From positions 96,317 to 160,316 of the forward strand of contig JBIICY010000004.1 of NCBI GenBank assembly GCA_044238605.1: DNA of 64,000 bases, written 5' to 3'. The position numbers were made by a program, and so were the translations under genes. This DNA is from Patescibacteria group bacterium. GTDB taxonomy: Bacteria > Bacteroidota > Ignavibacteria > Kapaibacteriales > Kapaibacteriaceae. The notes under the pieces are model-generated. The model was not told where the DNA came from, searched no databases, and was given only the letters and a program-made list of their open reading frames with translations. Shown piece by piece: positions 48,138 to 57,109 of the stretch. The stretch's first letter is position 1, and the number at the start of each line of letters is the position of its first letter.

Positions 48138-49862
48138 ATGAACCATATGCTTTCTAGAATGCTTTGCTGTGCAATGCTCATTGCAGGTCTTGTGCCGGCC
48201 CTTGCCCGTGCAGACGAGTATAGCGATGCGCAAAAGGCGGTAGAAGAAAAAGACTACGTGAAGGCGCTCGAGCTTATTCGTGTGGCCATTGCCAAGGAGC
48301 CGCAAGACATCGACCGGCTGCGTCTCGGTGCAAAGGTCTACCTGGAAATGAACATCCTTGATACGGCAGCCCAATACGCTAAGCGCGTCTATAAAGACGA
48401 TGATGATGTAAAGGAGAACGTGCTGCTCTACGCAAATGCGCTCATCGCAACCAATCAGGCCGCTGAGGCATGTGTAGCAATCAAGAAGTTCCGTAAAGGC
48501 GTTGACGATGTAGAGATGGCCCTTGCTCACGTAGATGCTCTGGTTGCGGCAGACAGTCTGGTCTCTGCTGAGCTCGTGGCAACGACGGCTCGTTCGAAGT
48601 TCTCAAAGAGCCCCTTGGCATACCTTGCCTTGGGCAACCTGTATTTCAACTGGAAGCCGCGTCCGATCCTTGAAAACGCCGCCGATAACTATCGTGCCGC
48701 ATTGGATCTTGACAACAATAACGTTGAAGCTCACTTTAATCTTGCCATCTGTTATTGGAAAATGCGCAATCGTGAGAGCGATGATGCACTTGCCACTGAG
48801 TATCTGACCAAGTGTCTTGATGAGTGGACAACCGTTTCTACGCTTGATCCGAAGAACGCTCGCGCGTGGTTTGAGCAGGGCAAGATCTATTACTACGCAA
48901 AGAAGTACACAAAGGCCGTTAGTGCCCTCAAGGAGTATCGCGTGCTGCGTCCTGTAGGCTCGGGAGAGCCCATGGCATCGTGGTTCCTTGGTGAGTCGCT
49001 CTACAAGCTTGCCAAGTGCGATGAAGCTCAGCAGCATCTCGAGGATGCTGCACGCCAGGTAGACTCGCTCAAGTCAAAGGTTGCCCTGATGCTTGCCCGC
49101 TGTAACTATGATGCAAAGAAATGGGGCGAGTGTGCCAAGAAGTACGATGAAGCCGTTGTGTTCGAATCATCATGGGAGCCAACTGACTACTGGAATCACG
49201 GTACAGCCCTGATCCTGGCCGGTGACACCGTGAAAGCCATCAACGTGATGCTCGTAGCTTCTGATAAAGCCCCGAAGCAGTGCGCAGCAATGTTCCGTCT
49301 TGGCTTCCTGCTCCAAGTGCGGAAGCAATATGCTTCCTCTAGCAAGGTTTTTCTTTCGCGACTTGCCAACTGTTCCGACAGTAACGACACGCGCGTGAAT
49401 ATCCTGATCGGGAACAATTTCTTTGCAGACAGCTTGGTTGATAGCGCCATTACATATTACCAGCGTGCCCTTACGATCTCGCCAAAGAGCATGTGGGCGC
49501 AGCAGCTCATGGGAGAATCCTACCTGCTCAAGGGTGATGAAGTGATCGGGGATTCGCTCCTGAACGGCGTGATCGCCAATGCGCAGACATCAACATCAAA
49601 CGATGAAAAGCGCTACGGAATTGCCGCTATCAATGCTCTGAATAACTTCGATATCAAGAAGCGCGACTACAAGGGAATCGTAGACCGGTGTAAGATCGGT
49701 ACCCAGATCAACCCTCAGTCTGCCATCGTATGGCTGTATTTGGGCATCGGATACCAGGGCCTAAAGGACCTTGATAATGCCAAAGAAGCCTATCAGGCAG
49801 TCCTAAAGATCGACCCCAATAATCAGATGGCAAAGAAGAACCTGCAGTCTCTAGGCAAGTAA
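48138..49862 (+). CDS. Tetratricopeptide-repeat protein with signal peptide
   Basis: Signal MNHMLSRMLCCAMLIAGLVPALARA. There are many TPR-like A/Y/L-pattern repeats (for example ...AKEAYQAVLKIDPNN...). Confidence 0.75.
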   Translation: MNHMLSRMLCCAMLIAGLVPALARADEYSDAQKAVEEKDYVKALELIRVAIAKEPQDIDRLRLGAKVYLEMNILDTAAQYAKRVYKDDDDVKENVLLYANALIATNQAAEACVAIKKFRKGVDDVEMALAHVDALVAADSLVSAELVATTARSKFSKSPLAYLALGNLYFNWKPRPILENAADNYRAALDLDNNNVEAHFNLAICYWKMRNRESDDALATEYLTKCLDEWTTVSTLDPKNARAWFEQGKIYYYAKKYTKAVSALKEYRVLRPVGSGEPMASWFLGESLYKLAKCDEAQQHLEDAARQVDSLKSKVALMLARCNYDAKKWGECAKKYDEAVVFESSWEPTDYWNHGTALILAGDTVKAINVMLVASDKAPKQCAAMFRLGFLLQVRKQYASSSKVFLSRLANCSDSNDTRVNILIGNNFFADSLVDSAITYYQRALTISPKSMWAQQLMGESYLLKGDEVIGDSLLNGVIANAQTSTSNDEKRYGIAAINALNNFDIKKRDYKGIVDRCKIGTQINPQSAIVWLYLGIGYQGLKDLDNAKEAYQAVLKIDPNNQMAKKNLQSLGK

Positions 49863-49900
49863 CCTAGAGCTAAATGCTTGGTAATTTAGCTTCTACGCCA

Positions 49901-49908
49901 TATTTTTG
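49901..49908 (+). promoter_or_regulatory. -7 box TATTTTTG upstream of yceD-rpmF-plsX-fab
   Basis: Exact TAnnTTTG match 34 nt upstream of ATG 49943. Confidence 0.4.
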
Positions 49909-49942
49909 CGGTCTTGTCAACACACGATTCTGCCTCACTGCC

Positions 49943-50467
49943 ATGATATCACTCGACATCGTGGGTCTTCGAGAGGGGAATCATCCCTTCACAATCGAAT
50001 CGACGGCCCAGGACATTCCACATCTCCCTGCGGAGTATACGGGGCTGGTCACGGTGCAGGGTCTGCTTCAAAAGCATGGGCGGCGATACACCATCGACGC
50101 CACGGCCACAGGGCAGGCGCACTTCACATGTGATCGTTCGTTGGAGGAGTTCGACGAAGATATTTCGGCCGATCTTTCTCTTTCGTACATCGTAGATCCA
50201 GCACTTGCAGCTGAACAGGCTGGTAAGGGGCAGGATCTGGACGAAGAGGTGATTCGCGGAATTCGTGAGGAAGACAAGCGCATCGACATCACCGAAGATG
50301 TGCGTCAGGTGTTAGCGGTAGCAATCCCATTGCGCCATGTAGCACCGGCATATCGAGACGTACCGCTGGAGCAGCTGCATCCGGCACTTGCACCCAAAGC
50401 TCGTGCTGCTGATGATGAGCCAGTAGATGATCGGTGGGCAGCATTGAAGAATTTAAAACGAACGTAA
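49943..50467 (+). CDS. yceD: YceD/DUF177 family protein (large-subunit rRNA accumulation protein)
   Basis: Position directly upstream of rpmF-plsX, acidic composition, a C-x-R motif region (FTCDRSLEEF), and an end typical of DUF177. Confidence 0.7.
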   Translation: MISLDIVGLREGNHPFTIESTAQDIPHLPAEYTGLVTVQGLLQKHGRRYTIDATATGQAHFTCDRSLEEFDEDISADLSLSYIVDPALAAEQAGKGQDLDEEVIRGIREEDKRIDITEDVRQVLAVAIPLRHVAPAYRDVPLEQLHPALAPKARAADDEPVDDRWAALKNLKRT

Positions 50468-50482
50468 TCCGAGGATACAGTC

Positions 50483-50659
50483 ATGCCAAATCCAAAGCGC
50501 CGCCACTCGAAATCACGTAGTGCGAAGCGTCGTACACATTACAAGGCGTCAGCGCCAACAATAATGTCGTGCCCTAACTGCAGTGCTGCAAAGCAGCCGC
50601 ACATCGTTTGCCACTCTTGCGGATATTACAACGGCCGCAAGATTATCAACGTCGACTAA
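50483..50659 (+). CDS. rpmF: 50S ribosomal protein L32 (58 aa; below the ORF-track size cutoff)
   Basis: My own translation is MPNPKRRHSKSRSAKRRTHYKASAPTIMSCPNCSAAKQPHIVCHSCGYYNGRKIINVD. It has the L32 N-terminal PKRR.SKSR..KRR block and a CxxC...CxxC zinc ribbon. Confidence 0.92.
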   Translation: MPNPKRRHSKSRSAKRRTHYKASAPTIMSCPNCSAAKQPHIVCHSCGYYNGRKIINVD

Positions 50660-50695
50660 TCACTGCACTGTTGTGCACTGTGACGTGGGACGTCG

Positions 50696-51754
50696 GTGAG
50701 TACAACGACAACAATTGAGGCACTAGCAGAAACTCCACGCCCTCGGCGTGTAGTTGTTGATGCAATGGGAGGAGATTTTGCCCCACTGAACGAAGTTCAG
50801 GGGGCTTTTCGTGCGTTAGAGGCCCTAGGCCCGGATGTGGAAATCATTCTCGTCGGTCGTGAGGACGACATCCGAAAACACCTTGGAACTTCCGGCGGCC
50901 GTGTGAAAATTCTTCATGCGTCGGACGTAGTGGGCATGAGCGACGAACCCTCTTCGATTGTAAAGCATCGTAAAGACTCATCGCTGTATGTTGGACTGGA
51001 CCTAGTCCGCCAGGGCTATGCAGATGCTTTTGTTTCCTCTGGCAACACAGGCGGCGTAATGGCAACTGCCACGATGGTGCTCGGACGAATTCCCGGTGTA
51101 AGCCGTCCAACGATTGGTTCGTTCTTCCCAACGGTTACAGGCAGGCCAACATTGCTTGTGGATGTTGGGGCTAATGTAGACAGCAAGCCCCGGTTCCTGC
51201 ACGACTTTGCCGTGATGGGCAGCGTGTATACCGAACTGATGCAAGGCATTTCGAGCCCAACAGTTGGACTTCTCAACGTTGGCGAAGAAGAGGGCAAGGG
51301 CACCGAGGTTGTGCGGGAAACACACGCACTGCTCAAGAACAGTGCCGTGAATTTTGCCGGTAATGTAGAGGGACGAGACATCCTGAAGGGTACGGTAGAC
51401 ATCGTAGTCTGCGACGGATTTGAAGGCAACATCGTCCTCAAGTTTGCCGAAAGCATCCTTGGATTCTTGAAGCATCGCTTTGTAAGCTATGCGAATAAGG
51501 GGCTGATGCAAAAGCTTATCATCGGTGCGTTCAAGCCCGTTCTCAAAAGGGTGCTCAGCGGTATGGATTACCAGGAATACGGCGGCGTGCCGCTGCTTGG
51601 TGTCAATGGCGTTGTGATTATCGGGCATGGGAGCGGCTCGCCCCTTGCCATAACAAACATGATTCTAAAAGCCGAGGAAATGGTTCGCAAGGATGTCAAC
51701 CGCGTCATCCAAAGCAAGCTTGCCATACCTCGCGAAACGAGAGATCAACAATGA
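50696..51754 (+). CDS. plsX: Phosphate acyltransferase PlsX
   Basis: The PlsX pattern is present (VVDAMGGDFAP, SSGNTGG, DVGAN, GHGSGS). The start is GTG. Confidence 0.92.
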   Translation: MSTTTTIEALAETPRPRRVVVDAMGGDFAPLNEVQGAFRALEALGPDVEIILVGREDDIRKHLGTSGGRVKILHASDVVGMSDEPSSIVKHRKDSSLYVGLDLVRQGYADAFVSSGNTGGVMATATMVLGRIPGVSRPTIGSFFPTVTGRPTLLVDVGANVDSKPRFLHDFAVMGSVYTELMQGISSPTVGLLNVGEEEGKGTEVVRETHALLKNSAVNFAGNVEGRDILKGTVDIVVCDGFEGNIVLKFAESILGFLKHRFVSYANKGLMQKLIIGAFKPVLKRVLSGMDYQEYGGVPLLGVNGVVIIGHGSGSPLAITNMILKAEEMVRKDVNRVIQSKLAIPRETRDQQ

Positions 51755-52752
51755 AAGCTGTGATTACAGCCATCGCGCATCATGTGCCGGAGGGAGTCTA
51801 TGACAACAACTGGTTTGCGCAAAAGGTAGACACCACAGATGAGTGGATCCGCACCCGAACAGGGATTAGCGAGCGTCACTTTGCATTTGAAGGTGGTCTC
51901 ACGGACATCATCGTGCCTGCTGCCGAGGCAGTTCTGAAGCAGCGAGGTATTACGGCGGAAGATATCGACTGTATCATCATTGCAACTGTTACGCCCGACA
52001 GAATCTTTCCGTCGAGTGCGGCTATTCTGCAGCGCAAGATCGGTGCAAAGAACGCCTGGGGCTTTGACCTTGCGGGCGCGTGCAGCGGCTTCCTATATGC
52101 ACTTGTTACAGCTTCGAAACTTATCGAGTCGGGCGCCTCGAAGAAGCTTCTGCTCGTTGGTGGCGACAAAATGAGCACGCTTCTAGACTTTGAAGACCGC
52201 ACAACATGCGTGCTCTTTGGTGATGGTTGCGGTGCCGTGATCCTCGAACCTAGCGAGTCGGATGAATACGGAGTGATGGACCACATACTTCGTATGGACG
52301 GTAACGGAGAACAACATCTGTACCAAAAGGCAGGGGGTTCGTTGCATCCACCTACCATTGAGACAGTGACCAACAAAGAACACCACATCCACCAAGAAGG
52401 TCAGGCAGTGTTCAAGAGCGCGGTCAAGGGCATGGCAGATGTTTCCTACGAAATCATGGAACGCAACAAGCTTACGGCCGATGATGTAGCATGGCTTGTG
52501 CCGCACCAGGCAAACCTGCGCATCATTGATGCTACGGCAGAACGCATGGGGCTGAGCAAGGACAAGGTGATGATCAATATCGACCGGTACGGCAACACAA
52601 CAGCTGGTACGATTCCGATCTGCTTGTCGGAGCTCTATCAAACGAACAAGGTACACAAGGGCGACTATCTCGTGCTCTCCTCGTTTGGGGCCGGGTACAC
52701 ATGGGGCTCGGTGCTCCTGCGCTGGTCGCTGGAACAGAAAGAGACGGTATAA
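51751..52752 (+). CDS. fabH: Beta-ketoacyl-ACP synthase III
   Basis: ATGA overlap with plsX. The active-site Cys block (AGACSGFLYAL), HQAN and GNTTAG are present. Confidence 0.93.
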   Translation: MKAVITAIAHHVPEGVYDNNWFAQKVDTTDEWIRTRTGISERHFAFEGGLTDIIVPAAEAVLKQRGITAEDIDCIIIATVTPDRIFPSSAAILQRKIGAKNAWGFDLAGACSGFLYALVTASKLIESGASKKLLLVGGDKMSTLLDFEDRTTCVLFGDGCGAVILEPSESDEYGVMDHILRMDGNGEQHLYQKAGGSLHPPTIETVTNKEHHIHQEGQAVFKSAVKGMADVSYEIMERNKLTADDVAWLVPHQANLRIIDATAERMGLSKDKVMINIDRYGNTTAGTIPICLSELYQTNKVHKGDYLVLSSFGAGYTWGSVLLRWSLEQKETV

Positions 52753-52756
52753 CGCG

Positions 52757-53677
52757 ATGTCAAAGGCTCTACTATTCTCCGGACAGGGATCGCAGTACGT
52801 TGGTATGACGAAGGATCTCGTTGATGCTTACGACGCTGCCCGTGCGATTGCCACGCAGGCCAACGAGATTCTCGGATACGATCTCCATGCCATCATGGTG
52901 AACGGTCCGGAAGACGAACTCCGCAAAACCAAGTACACACAGCCCGCGCTCTTTCTGCACGAAGCAATGCTATTGGCGCTCACATCGAGAGATGGTGTAG
53001 CAGCCGTTGCCGGACACTCCCTCGGGGAGTATTCAGCCCTGCATGCTGCAGGCGTCTTAACGTTTGAAGATGCCCTAACGCTTGTGCAGTTGCGGGCGCA
53101 GCTAATGTGGGACGCTGGCAATGCGATTCCAGGTACGATGGCTGCTGTGGTAGGACTCGACGACGATGCCGTGCGCGCGGTGTGCCAGGAGCTTAATGGT
53201 CAAGACGGCAACGTGATCGTTCCGGCCAATTTCAACTCGCCCGGTCAGGTGGTTATCAGCGGTTCTGCAGAATACGTACGTGCCTGCATGCCTGTGTTCA
53301 AGGAACGCGGTGCCAAGATGGTCAAGGAGCTGCAGGTGAGCGGTGCGTTCCATTCGCCCCTTCTCGCCGATGCCGAACAGGGGCTGGCAGAGAAGATCAA
53401 GGCAACAACATTCTCAGCACCCACCGTGCCTGTCTACGTAAACGTAAGCGGCAAGCCGGTCAATGATGCGGAAGAACTTAAAGGCAGCGCAATCAGACAG
53501 CTCACATCACCGGTTTTGTGGACGTCCACGATGAATACCATGTGGGCTGATGGAATCACGACGTACTGCGAAATGGGTCCCGGTAAGGTGCTTCAGGGAC
53601 TTGTGAAACGTACGCTTGCTGAAGCGGTGATTGACGGTGTTGACACAGCCGCAGATGTAGCTCGATACAACGGATAA
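52757..53677 (+). CDS. fabD: Malonyl-CoA-ACP transacylase
   Basis: Contains FSGQGSQYVGM, GHSLGEYSAL and SGAFHSPL. ATG 52757 is preferred over the track start 52685. Confidence 0.93.
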   Translation: MSKALLFSGQGSQYVGMTKDLVDAYDAARAIATQANEILGYDLHAIMVNGPEDELRKTKYTQPALFLHEAMLLALTSRDGVAAVAGHSLGEYSALHAAGVLTFEDALTLVQLRAQLMWDAGNAIPGTMAAVVGLDDDAVRAVCQELNGQDGNVIVPANFNSPGQVVISGSAEYVRACMPVFKERGAKMVKELQVSGAFHSPLLADAEQGLAEKIKATTFSAPTVPVYVNVSGKPVNDAEELKGSAIRQLTSPVLWTSTMNTMWADGITTYCEMGPGKVLQGLVKRTLAEAVIDGVDTAADVARYNG

Positions 53678-53689
53678 CGGAGAATAATC

Positions 53690-54442
53690 ATGAAGACCTT
53701 TGATCACACGGGAAAAGTAGTTGCTGTTACTGGCGGTTCGCGCGGTATCGGCGAAGCAATTGTGCGCAGGCTTGCTGCTGAAGGGGCGCATGTGTTCGCT
53801 ACCTATAACTCGCAGCCTGAGCGCGCCGAAGCAGTGGCATCGGAGATTCGCGCTGCCGGTGGTAACGTAACGTACCTTCAGGTAAACGTCTCGGATGAAG
53901 AACAGGTAAAAGGGTTTATCGAGGCTGTTGTTACTCAGGGCGGACGCATCGATGGACTCGTGAACAATGCAGGGATTACCCGAGACGGACTCGTGATGCG
54001 CATGAGCACAGAGGATTGGACGTCGGTGATCGACACCAATCTTTCAGGTGTGTTCTACGCATGTAGAGCAGCTGCGCGGCCCATGATGTCGCAGCGCAGC
54101 GGACGCATCGTCAACATCGGTAGCATCGTTGGACTTCAGGGCAATGCCGGACAGGTCAATTACAGCAGCGCCAAGGCAGGCCTTATTGGGCTTACAAAGT
54201 CGCTCGCCCGCGAACTCGCCAGTCGTAACGTTTTTGTAAATTGCGTCGCTCCGGGCTTTGTAGAAACAGACATGACTGGCAAGCTCAACGACGAACAAAA
54301 GGCCGCCTATTTCGGGTCGATCCCGATGAAGCGCGGTGCTCAGCCGGACGAGATTGCCAGTGTTGTATCGTTTTTCTTGGCACAGGAGTCGTCATACATC
54401 ACCGGACAAGTCCTCAATGTAGACGGCGGTCTTGCGATGTAA
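53690..54442 (+). CDS. fabG: 3-oxoacyl-ACP reductase
   Basis: SDR motifs TGGSRGIG, NNAG and Y-x3-K (YSSAKAG), with fab context. Confidence 0.92.
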   Translation: MKTFDHTGKVVAVTGGSRGIGEAIVRRLAAEGAHVFATYNSQPERAEAVASEIRAAGGNVTYLQVNVSDEEQVKGFIEAVVTQGGRIDGLVNNAGITRDGLVMRMSTEDWTSVIDTNLSGVFYACRAAARPMMSQRSGRIVNIGSIVGLQGNAGQVNYSSAKAGLIGLTKSLARELASRNVFVNCVAPGFVETDMTGKLNDEQKAAYFGSIPMKRGAQPDEIASVVSFFLAQESSYITGQVLNVDGGLAM

Positions 54443-54505
54443 CAATCGCAAAGCCGTTGTAGATTCGCAATTCAGTTTAACCTCATTTCTTTCAAGGGTT
54501 TTAAT

Positions 54506-54739
54506 ATGTCAGCAGTGGCACAAAAGGTGACGGAAATCATCGTTGCCAAACTTGGCGTTGAAGAGTCACAAGTAACACCTTCTGCGTCGTTCACAAGCGA
54601 CCTCGGTGCAGATTCTCTCGACACCGTTGAGCTCATCATGGAATTCGAAAAGGCGTTCAACCTTACGATCGACGACAGCGATGCCGAGAAGATCCAAACA
54701 GTTGGAGACGCTGTAACGTATATCGAGTCGAAGGCGTAA
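54506..54739 (+). CDS. acpP: Acyl carrier protein
   Basis: [16 protein letters not shown] phosphopantetheine-attachment motif. 77 aa. Confidence 0.95.
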   Translation: MSAVAQKVTEIIVAKLGVEESQVTPSASFTSDLGADSLDTVELIMEFEKAFNLTIDDSDAEKIQTVGDAVTYIESKA

Positions 54740-54753
54740 GGAAGATCGACGAA

Positions 54754-54780
54754 GGTACTAGGTACTAGGTACCAGGTACC
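54754..54780 (+). repeat. (GGTACTA)x2 GGTACCA GGTACC followed by TTTT: inverse-orientation copies of the downstream heptamer and a possible acpP terminator or attenuator
   Basis: GGTACTA is the reverse complement of TAGTACC. AGGTACC-A-GGTACCT and GGTAC-TAG-GTACC are self-complementary. A T4 run follows. Confidence 0.8.
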
Positions 54781-54807
54781 TTTTGATATGTACTATGTCT
54801 CCAGTGC

Positions 54808-54947
54808 TAGTCCCTAGTCCCTAGTCCCTAGTCCCTAGTCCCTAGTCCCTAGTCCCTAGTCCCTAGTCCCTAGTCCCTAGTCCCTAGTCCCTAGTCCCTA
54901 GTCCCTAGTCCCTAGTACCTAGTACCTAGTACCTAGTACCTAGTCCC
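54808..54947 (+). repeat. Heptanucleotide tandem array: (TAGTCCC)x15 (TAGTACC)x4 (TAGTCCC)x1, 140 bp
   Basis: I counted it unit by unit from 54808. There are no interruptions, and TAG in every unit closes all three + frames. Confidence 0.97.
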
Positions 54948-54976
54948 TTTACTTTTCTTCACCACAGGTTATAACT

Positions 54977-56233
54977 ATGTCGAGAGTGATCCCACGTATT
55001 GTCATTACAGGTGTTGGAGCCGTTACCCCAATCGGGAATACGGCTGCTGACTATTGGCAGGGACTGATGGAAGGCCGCTCTGGTGCTGGCCCTATCACAC
55101 GTTTCGATCCGGAGCACTTCGACACGAAGTTTGCCTGTGAGGTAAAGAACTACGACCCTACACAGCATATCACTCGTAAAGAGGTTCAGCGAATGGACCT
55201 CTTTACGCAGTATGCTATGTCGTGTGCGGTTATGGCTGTTGAAGATTCTGGGCTCAACATCGAAGCTGTGAACCACGAGCGTGCCGGGGTAGTCTTTGGC
55301 TCGGGCATTGGTGGTATGTGGACGAATCACATTCAGCAGCAGGCGCTCTTCGAACGTGATGGCAAGCCCGATCGGATTTCACCGTTCTTTGTGCCGATGC
55401 TTATTTCTGACATTGCCGCAGGACACATTGCTATTCGATACGGTTTCAAAGGACCGAACTACGCAACAGTGTCGGCTTGCGCAACGTCTTCGCATGCTAT
55501 CGCAGATGCATTTATGATCATGCAGCGAGGTATGGCGGACGTCATGCTGGCAGGCGGCTCCGAAGCATCCGTATGTCCTATGGGCATCGGTGGATTCAAT
55601 GCCATGAAGGCCCTTTCCACACGTAACGATGATCCTCACACAGCAAGCCGTCCGTTCGATCTCGACCGCGATGGGTTTGTGATGGGTGAAGGGGGCGGTG
55701 TAATCGTGATGGAAACCCTCGAACACGCCATGAACCGCGGTGCGAATATCCTGGCCGAGATCGTTGGTATTGGTCTTACTGATGATGCATTCCACATCAC
55801 GCAGCCAGCTCCGGGCGGAGAAGGCGCTGTGCGGTCGATGAAGATGGCAATTCAGGACGCCGGTCTTGAGCCAACGGATATCGACTACATCAATGCGCAC
55901 GGCACGTCCACGCCGTTCAACGACAAGGGCGAATCTGCCGCCATCCGCACCGTATTCGGCGATCATGCAGATGCACTGTTAGTAAGCTCAACGAAGTCTA
56001 TGACTGGCCACCTCCTCGGGGCCGCGGGCGCTATCGAAGCCATCGCAACGGTTCTGGCGATCAATAAGGGCATAGCGCCCCCTACGATCAATCAGATCAC
56101 TCCAGATCCAGACTGCACGCTGAATTATGTTGCCAACAAGCCTCAGAACAAGCAAATACGTGCTGCTCTGAGCAACACCTTCGGCTTTGGGGGACACAAC
56201 GCAACGTTGTGTTTCAAGGCCTTTGCAGAATAA
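54977..56233 (+). CDS. fabF: Beta-ketoacyl-ACP synthase II
   Basis: Contains the active-site Cys block (TVSACATSSHAI), HGTSTP and GFGGHN. 418 aa. Confidence 0.95.
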   Translation: MSRVIPRIVITGVGAVTPIGNTAADYWQGLMEGRSGAGPITRFDPEHFDTKFACEVKNYDPTQHITRKEVQRMDLFTQYAMSCAVMAVEDSGLNIEAVNHERAGVVFGSGIGGMWTNHIQQQALFERDGKPDRISPFFVPMLISDIAAGHIAIRYGFKGPNYATVSACATSSHAIADAFMIMQRGMADVMLAGGSEASVCPMGIGGFNAMKALSTRNDDPHTASRPFDLDRDGFVMGEGGGVIVMETLEHAMNRGANILAEIVGIGLTDDAFHITQPAPGGEGAVRSMKMAIQDAGLEPTDIDYINAHGTSTPFNDKGESAAIRTVFGDHADALLVSSTKSMTGHLLGAAGAIEAIATVLAINKGIAPPTINQITPDPDCTLNYVANKPQNKQIRAALSNTFGFGGHNATLCFKAFAE

Positions 56234-56260
56234 GATCCTTCTCACCAGCCGGAATAGGTT

Positions 56261-57109
56261 GTGAAAGACATTGTTCGTCAGCTCTACGCGAATCTGCTGA
56301 AATTCACAGCACTGCGCGGCAACGCCTCGAACGCAGCATTTAAAGAAATCTTCCCCCCGATGGGGCTCTTGGACGATGAACGTGTGCGCAATCTCGAAGA
56401 GATCCTCGGCGTAACGATTCATCTTCCCTCGCTCTACGAACAGGCTCTTACACACCGTAGTTACCTACAGGTAGCAAACACGCCAGATCACCGTTCCAAT
56501 GAGCGCCTGGAGTTTCTTGGTGATGCTATTCTCGGTATGGTAACAGCAGAGTACTTGTTCTACAACAACCGCGAAGTGCTCGAGGGCGAGCTCACGAAGA
56601 TGCGGTCGTGGATCGTGAACAAGAAGTCGCTGGCAGTCTGCGCGCGCGCACTGCAGCTGGATACCTACCTGTTCTTGAGCTATTCGGCAAATCAATCGCT
56701 TCAGCGCGGTAATGACTCAATGCTAGCCGATGCCTTGGAATCGGTGATCGCTGCGATCTATCTCGACAGAGGCTTTGAAGAAGTCCGCAGATTCATTGTA
56801 GAAAAACTCCTACCGATCATGGTGCGAGAATCTCTCGTGCACGACACTAACTTCAAGAGTTTGCTCCTCGAATCTGTCCAGGGCAGGGGGCATGCAGCAC
56901 CACGCTACGTGGTTGTGAAAGAGGAAGGTCCGGATCACGAAAAGCACTTTACTGTGAACGTTATCGTGGACGATAACGTGATTGGAACCGGATCCGGCAA
57001 AAACAAAAAAGAGGCAGAACAGGCGGCGGCAGAAAGTGGGATGACCTACCTCGCAACAAATCCGAAGTGGAAGCGTCAGCGTGATAAGCCGCCAACTGAT
57101 GCATCATGA
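56261..57109 (+). CDS. rnc: Ribonuclease III
   Basis: Signature NERLEFLGDA and a C-terminal dsRBD (GPDHEKHFTV...GSGKNKKEAEQAAA). The start is uncertain: GTG 56261 gives the longest ORF, and ATG 56360 gives a canonical-length N-terminus. Confidence 0.88.
   Translation: MKDIVRQLYANLLKFTALRGNASNAAFKEIFPPMGLLDDERVRNLEEILGVTIHLPSLYEQALTHRSYLQVANTPDHRSNERLEFLGDAILGMVTAEYLFYNNREVLEGELTKMRSWIVNKKSLAVCARALQLDTYLFLSYSANQSLQRGNDSMLADALESVIAAIYLDRGFEEVRRFIVEKLLPIMVRESLVHDTNFKSLLLESVQGRGHAAPRYVVVKEEGPDHEKHFTVNVIVDDNVIGTGSGKNKKEAEQAAAESGMTYLATNPKWKRQRDKPPTDAS

Noticed and set aside
54808-54947. I considered whether the regular repeat array could be a CRISPR array.
   Set aside because: The units are 7 bp and directly abutting, with no spacers. 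There are no cas genes in the window. It is a microsatellite, not CRISPR.
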